DNA of 64,000 nucleotides from Prevotella sp. (lineage in GTDB: Bacteria; Bacteroidota; Bacteroidia; Bacteroidales; Dysgonomonadaceae). Shown here one piece after another: positions 1 to 10,385 of this stretch; positions within the stretch are counted from its first letter, which is position 1, and the number at the start of each line of letters is the position of its first letter. The stretch covers positions 39,497-103,496 of the forward strand of contig JAITVV010000067.1 in NCBI GenBank assembly GCA_031285625.1. The letters are read 5' to 3'. A program made the position numbers and the translations under genes. The notes below the pieces were generated by a model. The model saw only the letters and a program-made list of their open reading frames with translations, had not been told where the DNA came from and ran no database searches.

Positions 1-425
1 TCTTAACTTCGCTAATGAATAACAGAAGGCGGGAAATAGAACTATTCTTAAGAAAGCCATTTTTGCCTATTCAACAATCGAATATGAATAAGGCAGATGA
101 ACAGTTCTTGAATAAAATAATAGAAATAATAAACGAAAATATTACTGATTCTAATTTTAATGTAGAAAGTTTAGCGGATCTAATACATATGAGCCGTTCA
201 AGTCTTCACCGTAAGCTAAAGTCAACAATAGACACCACACCTACCGATTTCATAAGGCTGGTGCGTTTACAAGAAGCAGCAAAATTGATACAGGAAGGAA
301 AATACAGGATAAATGAAATCTGCTATTTGGTAGGAATTAATTCACCATCCTATTTTATTAAGTTATTCCAGAGCCAGTATGGAATGACACCTAAAGAATT
401 TGAAAAGCAACAGAAAGGAAAATAA
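1..425 (+). CDS. C-terminal AraC-type HTH domain of a hybrid two-component system sensor/regulator (5' truncated by window edge)
   Basis: Frame is open to the window start; 'DEQFLNKIIEIINENITDSNFNVESLADLIHMSRSSLHRKLK...YLVGINSPSYFIKLFQSQYGMTPKEF' is the typical Bacteroidetes HTCS output domain. Confidence 0.85.
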   Translation, partial: LTSLMNNRRREIELFLRKPFLPIQQSNMNKADEQFLNKIIEIINENITDSNFNVESLADLIHMSRSSLHRKLKSTIDTTPTDFIRLVRLQEAAKLIQEGKYRINEICYLVGINSPSYFIKLFQSQYGMTPKEFEKQQKGK

Positions 426-1421
426 CTATCGGAAAGAATAGGTAATTACATCCGTTTTCTCCTCTTTGGGCTCGAGTATATTTGATGCGAAATCAGTATG
501 ATTCATAGCATCAGGATAATATTGAGCTTCCAGGCATAGCCCTTGGAAAGGTAGAAATTGTCCGGTTAAGAAATCTCCGGTATAAAACAGGATGCCAGGC
601 ATAGTAGAATAAACATCCAATACTCTGCCAGAAGTAATATCTTTTACCGAACCAAGAACCTCCTTATTATCTTGTCTGATAAAATAAGCATTATATCCTT
701 CCAGATTATCTTTTTTCAGCAATGACATCTCATTTACTGTTCTATAATCACTAAAATCAAAAGCAGTGTTCTTTATATAGAGTATGCGCCCTGTAGGTAA
801 AAATTCATTATCAGTTTCCAGATACTTTTCAGCATTTACTTTCAGTTGATTATCAAGAATAGTATTTTTCGTACTGGAAAGATTAAAATAAGCATGATTT
901 GTGAAATTAACAGATGTTCTCTTATCTGATAAGGCTTTATATTCAATCTGTAAATCATTAGTATCGGAAAAAGAGTAGGTTACCCGGAGTTTCAAGTTTC
1001 CGGGGAACCCACCTTCTCCATCCGGACTTTCGGTGTAGAAAGTCACACTTTCATTGTTGATATAGTAGTTGAATATTTTCTTATTTAGTCCATTAAATCC
1101 TCCATGATTGGAGTTCTTACCGTCGTTTTTATCCAAATGATATACTATGCTATCCATTGAGAAACAGGCATTGGATATACGGTTAGAAACTCGTCCAATA
1201 GTAGCACCCAGATAAAAAGTATCTGAAAGATAGTCTTCTAATTTATTATATCGTAAAACAACATTAGAAAGCACTCCTTTCTTATCAGGAACAACAATAG
1301 ATACAACACTCGCACCTATATTTGTGACCTCAGCATATGCACCCGAAGAATTAGAAATGCGGAATAATGCAATCTCTTGTCCTCCGCGAAAAATGCTTTC
1401 CTGTTTTACTATATTTACCAT
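426..1421 (-). CDS. galM: Aldose 1-epimerase (galactose mutarotase)
   Basis: Motifs GATIGRVSNRI, NHGG, GFPGNL, NFTNHAYFNL, GLCLEAQ. Confidence 0.92.
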   Translation of the reverse strand: MVNIVKQESIFRGGQEIALFRISNSSGAYAEVTNIGASVVSIVVPDKKGVLSNVVLRYNKLEDYLSDTFYLGATIGRVSNRISNACFSMDSIVYHLDKNDGKNSNHGGFNGLNKKIFNYYINNESVTFYTESPDGEGGFPGNLKLRVTYSFSDTNDLQIEYKALSDKRTSVNFTNHAYFNLSSTKNTILDNQLKVNAEKYLETDNEFLPTGRILYIKNTAFDFSDYRTVNEMSLLKKDNLEGYNAYFIRQDNKEVLGSVKDITSGRVLDVYSTMPGILFYTGDFLTGQFLPFQGLCLEAQYYPDAMNHTDFASNILEPKEEKTDVITYSFR

Positions 1422-3377
1422 TTATTGAAGGTATATTCTCATTGCAAGACCTCCGCCCTGAGCCAGAGGAATTGTCATCTTACTGTCAGAATTTATGGAT
1501 TGAGTTTCGAATGTATAATGAGTAGCCCACAGTCCGGCATCGTCTCCATCCTTGTAGATATCTACCTGATACTGTTTGTCTTTATCTAGGAATGAAAAAT
1601 CAACAGTGAGATTCCGTGCTGTCCAATCTGTCATACCGCCAATATACCAATTATCACCTTTTTGCTTTGCAGTAAGTACATATTCACCAACTTTGGCATC
1701 GAGTACCACTGTATTATCAAATGTTACAGGTACGTCTGATAAAAACTTCATTACCTTGGCGTCTTTCCGGTATTCAGATGGTGAATCACATAACATAGCC
1801 AGATATTGGTCATAAATAACAAACATAGCCAGTTCATGGCATCGTGTACCCTGTGCAAAAGGCAGCCCCGGGTCGAGTGGCTTGAACAACTGAGGCGAAC
1901 AATTACGCATTGCCCCCGGAGTATAGTCGAGCGTACCGCCCAGCATACGGGTAAACGGAAAAGTAACATGATGCTTCGGATTGGCTGTCAAGTCCCATTT
2001 AGAACATTCTGCACCCCGCACGGCTTCATAATTCACTATATTCGGGTACATACGTTGCATTCCTGTTGGCTTGCTACAGCCATGGAAATTAACCATCAAC
2101 TTATTCTCTGCTGCTTTACGTGCAATTGTTTCATACCAATCCATTGCCAGTTGATCATCCCTGTCAAAAAAATCGACCTTGATACCCACTGCTCCCCAGT
2201 CGTGCATCATTTTCAGATATTCATCAGCTTTATCTGTAAGAGCCATGGCTACACACCAGAGAAATACGCCTACATTCTTGGATTTACCATAATTGATTAT
2301 TTCTTTTATATCCACTTTAGGGTTCACCTGCGTCAAATCGAAGATATGTGACCAGCCTGCATCAATCATCAGGTATTCCATATTATTTTCGGCAGCAAAG
2401 TCTATATAGTGTTTGTATAGGGCTGTATTTCTGTTCGCCATGCCCGATGGAATATCGGCTCCCGGAAGCATAGCATCGTGCCACCATTCCCAGGCAGCTT
2501 TGCCGGGTTTAATCCATGATACATCCGTTAATACCTGAGGTGTTGCCAGTTTGTAAACCAGCTCATTTGTAAGAAGTTCTTTATCATCGTCTGTTGCAAT
2601 AATCACACGCCATGGAAATTCCCTGTCGCCATTCGTTTCGGCAATGTAATCCCTTGTGCGTTGTACAACAGATACAAATCCCCAACTACCGAGAGCCGTA
2701 CTATCGGGGTATTGCGCAAAATCACCTTTAAAGCCAGTTCCTTCTTTCTCAAGATACATACCGGGGTAATCCCTTACATCTGATTCTGCTACTACAACCT
2801 TTACATTATCCGGCATAGTAAACAGTACCGGAGTAATAGACCTTTTACCATCTGTAATTGCCGATGCACTACTATAATCCATATGCATTAATTCCCACGA
2901 TGTATAGTTGGATGTTTCCTGAAAGATAACAGCAGGGTCATTTGCAATATTTACATTCACTATTTCATTATTTACCATTATCTTTTCACCCAAATTAGTA
3001 ATAAGCCTGTATGCTACACCTTCATTGTAAGCTCTGATAATCAATGAATAGTCTCCTTCAAAATCTATCCTTGTTTCGTTAAAATTATCTGATAATGATT
3101 TGAATTTGCCATACAATGGTTCTATCATTTCATTTACCGACCGTGAGTGAATAGTTCTTATCTTAGGATTCACTCCCAGCATCTTACCCTCGACATTAAG
3201 CCCTATTACCGATGGTTTTATAATTTCTTTTTCTTTAAATAAAACCTTGTAGGATAGAGAATCTTTTGTTTCAATAACTACCCTCAACTTTGAACCGGGA
3301 GAAACAACTTCAATATTCTCTTTCCCACAAGATGTAAGAAAGAGAATACATACTAGTATGATGTTTAAATATTTCAT
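1422..3377 (-). CDS. Glycoside hydrolase family 97 lipoprotein, retaining (alpha-galactosidase) subtype
   Basis: Lipobox LTSC; SWIKPGK, YLMIDAGW, GIKVDF (Asp nucleophile type), NFHG, YEAVRG, LDYTPG. Confidence 0.88.
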   Translation of the reverse strand: MKYLNIILVCILFLTSCGKENIEVVSPGSKLRVVIETKDSLSYKVLFKEKEIIKPSVIGLNVEGKMLGVNPKIRTIHSRSVNEMIEPLYGKFKSLSDNFNETRIDFEGDYSLIIRAYNEGVAYRLITNLGEKIMVNNEIVNVNIANDPAVIFQETSNYTSWELMHMDYSSASAITDGKRSITPVLFTMPDNVKVVVAESDVRDYPGMYLEKEGTGFKGDFAQYPDSTALGSWGFVSVVQRTRDYIAETNGDREFPWRVIIATDDDKELLTNELVYKLATPQVLTDVSWIKPGKAAWEWWHDAMLPGADIPSGMANRNTALYKHYIDFAAENNMEYLMIDAGWSHIFDLTQVNPKVDIKEIINYGKSKNVGVFLWCVAMALTDKADEYLKMMHDWGAVGIKVDFFDRDDQLAMDWYETIARKAAENKLMVNFHGCSKPTGMQRMYPNIVNYEAVRGAECSKWDLTANPKHHVTFPFTRMLGGTLDYTPGAMRNCSPQLFKPLDPGLPFAQGTRCHELAMFVIYDQYLAMLCDSPSEYRKDAKVMKFLSDVPVTFDNTVVLDAKVGEYVLTAKQKGDNWYIGGMTDWTARNLTVDFSFLDKDKQYQVDIYKDGDDAGLWATHYTFETQSINSDSKMTIPLAQGGGLAMRIYLQ

Positions 3378-5545
3378 CTTACACTATTAATTTGTAGAAC
3401 AACACTTTCGTACTCGTTATACATAGGGAATGTTAGCCCTACTGTCATAAGATAATCTCCGCTAAATTCCTTGCCTTCGTATGCTGAAGAGCGTGACCAG
3501 TCCGGCGAAACTTTATTGATTTCTTTTAATGTATATTTTTTATCCGGGTCGAGTCCCTGAAGGTATACTGTCTGTGTATTTGGTTTGATTTCCTTTCTTA
3601 CGAGGAAATTAAATACTATAGCTTCGTTCTTGTCTTCGGATGCGTACATGAAAACAGTCCGGTTATTCTTATAAGGAGACAGTATTCTGTAAAGGTCCCC
3701 ATGCAGAACCGTTCCTCTTATCTGCTTATACGTTTCTATCGCATTTCTGGAGAAAACCTTCTCGTCTTCCGTCATTTGCACCGGCTGTAAATCCATGCCC
3801 AGTTTGGCTGCCATAGCAATATCGAAACGATATTTTAGAGGAGTGCTGCGGCCTGAAATATGGTTTGGTGATACTGATACGTGGCTTGCCAGCCCAACAG
3901 TAGGGAAGAAATATTGCGCACCCCATTGTGTGAAAATCCGTTGTAGTGGGTCGTTATTATCACTAATCCAGTATTCATCGAAATTCTTCATAGATGCATA
4001 ATCGATACGTCCGCCACCACCAGAGCATAGCATAAATGTCACATCGGGATATTTCACCCTTATCTTATTCATTATTTCCAGCAAGGCATTGCTGTAATCT
4101 ATCCACAGATGCGATTGCCTGTCAGCAGGGAGATACGATGAGCCCGGATTATGTACAAACCTGTTACAATCCCATTTTACATAATCTATACCCGGATTTT
4201 GCTTCAAGATATTATCTACAGTGTTGTATACAAACTCCTGCACTTTAGGGTTGCTCAGGTCGAGTATCAACTGGTTGCGTTGTTCAGTACGTTCCCTGTG
4301 TGGCTGCGCGATTACCCAATCGGGATGCTTTTCATACAGTTCACTTTTTGGGTTTACCATTTCAGGCTCTATCCATATACCAAATTTCAGACCTCTCTTA
4401 TGCGATTCATTTATCAGATATGGAATACCATTCGGTAATTTTTTCTTATTTGTCTGCCAGTCTCCAAGTCCAGCATTATCACCATTGCGCGGATATTTAT
4501 TACCGAACCAGCCATCATCCAGAAGGAATAATTCAAAGCCCATCTTAGAAGCGTCATCAATAATCTGAGTCAACTTCGGTTCGTCAAAATCGAAATAAGT
4601 TGCTTCCCAGTTATTCAGCAGGATACTTCTGTCTTTATTTCCGTTTTTAATACCATACTTGCGCGCCCAGCGATGGAAATTGCGGGTAACTTCGCCACTG
4701 CCCTCACTGCTGTATGTGTACAGCAATGCAGGAGTCTTAAATGATTTGTCTTTGTCCAAAGTATATGCTGAGGCATAAGGATTTATTCCTGACAACACAC
4801 GTAGTTTCTGGTCATTATTCACCTCGAAGCAAAACTGAAAGCTTCCGGGCCATGCCAATGTACCTCCTATCACCTCGCCGTGATTTTCTTCGACAGGGTT
4901 ACCCAGCGATAAAAGGAAACACGGATGTGTATATTGGTTTGACCTTACACCTAGTTTGGAATCAATCATTTTTATTCCTGCTGTTAATTCCTGCTCAGCT
5001 ATATTCATTTCTTCTGACCAGTCTCCGTGAAACTGGCTTACATAATAATTCTTGGCATAGAAAAACAAATCAGATGATGCAAAGTTTTCAAGTCTTACAC
5101 TCTTATTTTCTGCATTGCGTATCTCTGTCCATTGCTCGATAATATTTTCTTTCTGATAAGCATTGTAATGCAAATCAACATACAGTCCATAATATGCATC
5201 TTTCAACGATACTACAGTATGAATAATATTATCGCTCGGCCTGTCAGATTTTGAGGATACATAAACCAGTTCGGTAGACGTATTTCCGTCTGCATGAGTT
5301 GCCCTCAATGCTGCTTCGAATACATGGTTGGTACCAAATGTAGAATATGCACTGTAATCTTTTAGCGGAACTTTTCCCAGTTCGTCCAAGTGTTTGATTT
5401 TCTTACCGAAATAAGTCTGTTCCAGCTTTTTCTTTTCATTTACTTTCAGCAACAGACATGTATTGTCCGTTGTTATTGTTATGTAATCATTTGCAAATAC
5501 CCCAATAGAAAACAGAAGGCATAATGTTGTAATCAGTTGTCTCAT
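3374..5545 (-). CDS. Alpha-galactosidase, GH36
   Basis: Signal peptide; LLNNWEATYFDF, FLLDDGWFG, GIWIEPEMV, YVKWDCNR, CSGGGGR, WISDN. Confidence 0.93.
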   Translation of the reverse strand: MRQLITTLCLLFSIGVFANDYITITTDNTCLLLKVNEKKKLEQTYFGKKIKHLDELGKVPLKDYSAYSTFGTNHVFEAALRATHADGNTSTELVYVSSKSDRPSDNIIHTVVSLKDAYYGLYVDLHYNAYQKENIIEQWTEIRNAENKSVRLENFASSDLFFYAKNYYVSQFHGDWSEEMNIAEQELTAGIKMIDSKLGVRSNQYTHPCFLLSLGNPVEENHGEVIGGTLAWPGSFQFCFEVNNDQKLRVLSGINPYASAYTLDKDKSFKTPALLYTYSSEGSGEVTRNFHRWARKYGIKNGNKDRSILLNNWEATYFDFDEPKLTQIIDDASKMGFELFLLDDGWFGNKYPRNGDNAGLGDWQTNKKKLPNGIPYLINESHKRGLKFGIWIEPEMVNPKSELYEKHPDWVIAQPHRERTEQRNQLILDLSNPKVQEFVYNTVDNILKQNPGIDYVKWDCNRFVHNPGSSYLPADRQSHLWIDYSNALLEIMNKIRVKYPDVTFMLCSGGGGRIDYASMKNFDEYWISDNNDPLQRIFTQWGAQYFFPTVGLASHVSVSPNHISGRSTPLKYRFDIAMAAKLGMDLQPVQMTEDEKVFSRNAIETYKQIRGTVLHGDLYRILSPYKNNRTVFMYASEDKNEAIVFNFLVRKEIKPNTQTVYLQGLDPDKKYTLKEINKVSPDWSRSSAYEGKEFSGDYLMTVGLTFPMYNEYESVVLQINSVR

Positions 5546-8500
5546 TTTTCAATATTGTTTAATATAAGTTGACTATCCAAATGGTTTATATCCAGTTCTT
5601 TCACTTTTCCCAGATATTCTTTTGCTTTCTTTAGGTTGCCAAGTCCCAGATGACCGAGACCCATTACATAGTAACAGTGTATCTGGTTACGAACGCTCAA
5701 GTCATCTTCCCATATAGCCAGATCTGGCAAAGAAACTGCAAAATAATCAATACGGCAGTTATCAAACAAATGTTTTTCACCATGGTCTACCAGTTTATTG
5801 TAGCGGCTATGAGCTTTATCGGCATTTCCCAGAGCTGCCCAGGCTAATCCCTGATAATAAATCTTATCTGGTTGCTGGTCGTTGTAGAAAAATGCCTGTT
5901 GCGGCTCTGATGAACCAACAGTGGCTTTCTGCAAGAAGAACTGAGCTTTTTGCTCATCACCCAAGCTTCTGTATGCAATACCTTTGTAGTAATCTATATC
6001 ATTTTCTTCTGCATTTGCCAGTTTACCTTCTCCCAGATTGTGAGGATAAGTATCTGTCTCATGAAGAAGTTTCAATGCCTCCTCATATCGTTTATCTGCA
6101 ATAGCCTGTTTCGCCAGTTCTATCCTGCAAATTGTATATTGTTTGGTAATTTTGCCTTCGCCACCTTCCCATGGATGGAATTTACGGGCATTGATAAGCT
6201 CCATCGCTTCTTTATATCTCCCCAACTGGTTATAAAGGGTGATGCGTTCAATACAAAGGTCGTCACGCTGCTCTGTTAGTGCAGGATATTTTTCGAGTAA
6301 AGCTAATCTTTCACTATGTGAAACTCCTCTTTTTTTGTAAAGCTGGTCAAGTTCCATCAGCAGGCGTGAATCCGTAGAATCCAGTTCAAATGCTTTTTCC
6401 AGTAATACTCTTGCTTCCTGTTTTTTGTCATATTTATTGTAATATGCCAAAGCAAGATTACGCAATACAGTAGGGAATTTATCATTCAATTCTATAGATT
6501 TTTCCCAACATGCACGGGCTTCATCATACTGACGGGCAGCATACCAGAAGTTACCAAGATAGTAAGGCGCCAGAGAATCCAAAGGGTTAACTTCTGTCGC
6601 ATCTAGTAAAATATTTACTTCTTCTATACGATTTGGGAAGCACTTTTCAGGGGACATCTTAGATGCTTTTACATAATACTCTTTCGCTTTTGCAGTATTA
6701 CCCGACAGAGAAGCAAAATAGCCTAATGTATAATAAATCATTGGATAAACTTTATTCTCATCAGTAATGCAGAGTGAAAGCAGTTGACTTGCTTCTTCAT
6801 ACATTCCCGCTCCGGCAAAATCGAGCGCATATTCTATATAAGGGTGTGTTGCACCTCTCATCAATGCTTTCAGTTCTTCCAGTTCTTTCGGGTCATTGGT
6901 CAATAAGTATCTTTCATAGCGACAACCCATATTGAATTTATCAATTTTCAATGATTCTTCAATCAATGAGATAGCCTCCTCCTTTCTTCCAAGCTTCCTC
7001 AAAATAGATGCTTTGAGCTGACGTGCCTTATGATTATGCCAGTTTCTGATTAAGCTTCTGTCTACTCTGTCCAAGGCATCTTCAAACAAACCTCTTTCTG
7101 TATCGATACGTGCCAAGGCATAATAGCCAGAATCCTGCCATGCAGCATTCCATGTCGCCTTAAAGAATGCACTGTATGCTTCATCTTTTTTACCCTGCAT
7201 AGTCAGGCACCAGCCCAGATTATAATGAGGCTCACCATCATACGGATTAGGGCTGCGCTCAATCTGAGTTTCTATTGCCCTGCGTAAAAAAGATTCTGCT
7301 TTGGCGAATTGTCCTCTGCGCATCAGTAAAAGCCCCATTGCATTGTTGCAGCGGATATCACCCGGTTCACGGCTTAAGGCTTCCATATAATAATCAATAG
7401 GATTGTAGGTAGCATGGCGGTATTGTTCCAAATGAAGCCCTGTAAGATAAAGCTGTTCCATAGAAGCAATGTCCTTAGGGTCTTTTGCTGCTTTTGCAGG
7501 GTCAGGAGTTGGTTTTATTTCGGGTTTATCGGCCTGATAGGTCAATAGTTCTTTTCCATCTGATGTATATAGTTCAAATATCAGGTTCTCAGGAAGTATC
7601 TCACCTACTGTAACTTCTTTCAGGTAAGATTCTGCTGGAGAAGTATTTGTATAATCATCAAGGAATATCTTTCCATCTGTATTTTTTAGGATAACACGTA
7701 GATTCTTAAATTCAGAAGTTGTATACAGTATGACGTTAGCCTTGCCACCCTCTATTTCGATATTTACAATAGCGTCTTTATTGGCATTTTTTACATAACC
7801 TACTTCGGCATATGGCATGAAATACTGTACCCATGATTTTTCCTCATTGGGTTGCAGCCATGTAAAGTCGGGCTGATTGTCGGTATAAACCCCTGTCATC
7901 AGTTCTATGTACGGGCCATCTTCATCTGTCAGGTTCCTGTCCCATGCTATACCGAAATCGCCATTTCCCCATGTCCATTGTTTTTTACCGGGAGAAACAT
8001 TATGATTGGCAACATGCAGCAGTCCTCCCTTTGCGTCATCTTCATAGCCGCCTACAAAGTCGAATTTTGATTCGATAGCCATATAGGAAGTAGGTACAGG
8101 GATATTTTTATATTTAGAAATATCTACCCCTGCAGAATAATCCTGTTTGTAATATTCACCTGTGGCGATAGGAAAATTAGATACGGCACGCTTACCATGG
8201 TCAAATACAGCATGTACATCCGGCGGAAATACCGATTTGTATCCATCATTTACCACCACGGCAGGATTTGCCCACCACAGGAATGTTTGTGGGAACGCCG
8301 TACGGTTATACACTTTCACGTTAATCTCAATATACGCTTTACCCGGATAAAGAGTAAAACCCTGCATACCTTTGGTGCGGAACATACGTTCTACTTCATT
8401 GCACCATACTGTAACACTTCCATCCTTATTTTCTTCTATCAGGTAGTCTGTAGGCAGGAAGGTGCTTGGACGGTGATGTTGCGGCCAGTTGAACTCAATT

Positions 8501-8886
8501 CCCCCCGATATCCACGGACCGGTAAGACCAACCAATGCCGGCTTGATTACCTGATTATAATATACGAAGTGGCGTTGTTTTACTTTGTCATATGCCATTT
8601 GTATACGTCCCCCAAGTTCGGGCATTATCATCACTTTGATATACTCGTTCTCAATAAACAATGCCTTATATTGTTTATCTTTCTTCTCGTCAGAAACCTT
8701 TTCAACTACCGGATAGGGATATACGACTCCTGAACTTCCCTGATAGACACGTTTCTCTAAAAATATAGGATTCTTTTCTTCCTCTCCTATTTCATATGTA
8801 GGCAGCATGATGTTCTCTTCCCATGCACGCACTACATTCTTTTCATTCACAGTGGATTGAATCAGATAATTAGTTATCTTTTCCAT
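5542..8886 (-). CDS. DUF5107 domain plus TPR-repeat protein (YphG-like), no signal peptide
   Basis: N-terminal RVYQGSSGVVYPYP, ELGGRI, GPWISGGIEFNWPQHHRP; C-terminal half is a long TPR array. Confidence 0.8.
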   Translation of the reverse strand: MEKITNYLIQSTVNEKNVVRAWEENIMLPTYEIGEEEKNPIFLEKRVYQGSSGVVYPYPVVEKVSDEKKDKQYKALFIENEYIKVMIMPELGGRIQMAYDKVKQRHFVYYNQVIKPALVGLTGPWISGGIEFNWPQHHRPSTFLPTDYLIEENKDGSVTVWCNEVERMFRTKGMQGFTLYPGKAYIEINVKVYNRTAFPQTFLWWANPAVVVNDGYKSVFPPDVHAVFDHGKRAVSNFPIATGEYYKQDYSAGVDISKYKNIPVPTSYMAIESKFDFVGGYEDDAKGGLLHVANHNVSPGKKQWTWGNGDFGIAWDRNLTDEDGPYIELMTGVYTDNQPDFTWLQPNEEKSWVQYFMPYAEVGYVKNANKDAIVNIEIEGGKANVILYTTSEFKNLRVILKNTDGKIFLDDYTNTSPAESYLKEVTVGEILPENLIFELYTSDGKELLTYQADKPEIKPTPDPAKAAKDPKDIASMEQLYLTGLHLEQYRHATYNPIDYYMEALSREPGDIRCNNAMGLLLMRRGQFAKAESFLRRAIETQIERSPNPYDGEPHYNLGWCLTMQGKKDEAYSAFFKATWNAAWQDSGYYALARIDTERGLFEDALDRVDRSLIRNWHNHKARQLKASILRKLGRKEEAISLIEESLKIDKFNMGCRYERYLLTNDPKELEELKALMRGATHPYIEYALDFAGAGMYEEASQLLSLCITDENKVYPMIYYTLGYFASLSGNTAKAKEYYVKASKMSPEKCFPNRIEEVNILLDATEVNPLDSLAPYYLGNFWYAARQYDEARACWEKSIELNDKFPTVLRNLALAYYNKYDKKQEARVLLEKAFELDSTDSRLLMELDQLYKKRGVSHSERLALLEKYPALTEQRDDLCIERITLYNQLGRYKEAMELINARKFHPWEGGEGKITKQYTICRIELAKQAIADKRYEEALKLLHETDTYPHNLGEGKLANAEENDIDYYKGIAYRSLGDEQKAQFFLQKATVGSSEPQQAFFYNDQQPDKIYYQGLAWAALGNADKAHSRYNKLVDHGEKHLFDNCRIDYFAVSLPDLAIWEDDLSVRNQIHCYYVMGLGHLGLGNLKKAKEYLGKVKELDINHLDSQLILNNIEK

Positions 8887-8925
8887 TATGCTTTTGCTTT
8901 TTGATTAAATGTTTAACAAAAAATA

Positions 8926-10302
8926 CTATTTAGTGAGCTCTTTTTCTATTTCTTCAAGAGATTTGCCTTTTGTTTCAGGAAGGTTTTTCTTCACGAAAAC
9001 AAATCCTAGCAGACAGATAATTCCATATAGCCAGAATGTGCCATATGCGCCTAATCCGTTATTTAACAGTGGGAATGTATACGTTAATACAAAACATGCT
9101 GTCCATAAAGAGAATGTGGATACTGCCATCGCCATTCCCCTGATGCGGGTTGGGAATATTTCAGAGATAACCACCCATGTGATAGGCGCTAATGTCATCG
9201 CATAGCATGCAATTGCCAGCATAACTAATACTAGTACAGCCATACCCGATATCTGGAAATAGTAGCATGCACCGAGAATTGCATAAATACATGCCAAGCC
9301 AATTGCGCCAAACAGAAGCAATGATCTGCGTCCCAGTTTGTCAACAGCATACATACCAACAATAGTAAATATTACATTTGTTACCCCTGTTATAACTATA
9401 TTGAACAGAATATCGGAAACACCATAACCTGCTGCAGAGAATATTTCCTGTGCATAATTAAATATTACATTTATTCCGCACCATTGCTGAAATGCTGCTA
9501 TTACTATTCCAATCAGTAATATTTTAGGCATCTTTCCTTTAAATAGGAGCCTGAAGTCTACTTTTTCTGTCACTTCGGATAATGAAGCACGTAAAGCAGC
9601 CACCTCTGACTGAGCATATTCTTTACCCCCTATTTTGGTGAGGATTTTTTCAGATTTATCAAATTTTAATTGTGTACCAAGCCATTTAGGGCTTTCAGGA
9701 ACAATAAATATCATTATAAAAAAGAATACAGCCGGAACACCGCCTGCCCAGAACATCCACCGCCAACCCATCTGGCCGTTCCAAGATTGCAAAATATCTT
9801 CGCCGGGAGCAATAGGGTCTGCAATCATCCAGTTAACCAGTTGTGCAGATAAAATACCGATAACCACTGTCAGCTGATTGAGAGAAACAAATTTACCTCT
9901 CACATTGGCTGGGGATACTTCGGCTATATACATTGGAGACAGATTTGAAGCAATACCTATGCCAATCCCTCCTAATACCCTATATACTATAAACCATGAT
10001 AATGTGTCGCTGATACCTGTGCCTATGGCGGCTACAATAAATACAAGGGACGCTATTATCATTAATGGTTTTCTTCCGTAACGATCTGATAAACTACCGG
10101 ATACCATTACACCTATCAGGCATCCCAGAATAGCGCTACCCATTACCCATCCTTGCATATAGGGTGAGTCTGTAATATCAAAAAAGACTTCGTAGAATGG
10201 TTTTGCCCCGCCAACAACTACCCAATCGTATCCGAACAGTAGTCCTCCCATAGCAGAGACAAATGTAATAAGCAACAAATAAGAGCTATTCCCTTGTTTC
10301 AT
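8926..10302 (-). CDS. MFS sugar porter (sugar:H+ symporter, XylE/GalP-like)
   Basis: GGLLFGYD, DRYGRK, PMYIAEVSP..RG, PESPKWL, QQWCGIN, PETKGKSLEEIE. Confidence 0.93.
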   Translation of the reverse strand: MKQGNSSYLLLITFVSAMGGLLFGYDWVVVGGAKPFYEVFFDITDSPYMQGWVMGSAILGCLIGVMVSGSLSDRYGRKPLMIIASLVFIVAAIGTGISDTLSWFIVYRVLGGIGIGIASNLSPMYIAEVSPANVRGKFVSLNQLTVVIGILSAQLVNWMIADPIAPGEDILQSWNGQMGWRWMFWAGGVPAVFFFIMIFIVPESPKWLGTQLKFDKSEKILTKIGGKEYAQSEVAALRASLSEVTEKVDFRLLFKGKMPKILLIGIVIAAFQQWCGINVIFNYAQEIFSAAGYGVSDILFNIVITGVTNVIFTIVGMYAVDKLGRRSLLLFGAIGLACIYAILGACYYFQISGMAVLVLVMLAIACYAMTLAPITWVVISEIFPTRIRGMAMAVSTFSLWTACFVLTYTFPLLNNGLGAYGTFWLYGIICLLGFVFVKKNLPETKGKSLEEIEKELTK

Positions 10303-10329
10303 CGTGATATTGATTTAATGTTAGTTTAA

Positions 10330-10337
10330 CAAATGTA
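10330..10337 (-). promoter_or_regulatory. Bacteroidetes sigma-A -7 element (TACATTTG) for the sugar porter operon
   Basis: Matches TAnnTTTG about 28 nt upstream of the ATG at 10302. Confidence 0.6.
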
Positions 10338-10385
10338 AAAGTACTATCTTTATATATACTAAAAATGTAAGTATTTTTCAAAAAC

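Noticed and set aside
1806-2351. 181-aa plus-strand ORF and similar antisense ORFs (e.g. 8197-8733, 41143-41520, 55760-56230)
   Set aside because: Shadow frames opposite well-supported genes, with no recognisable motifs
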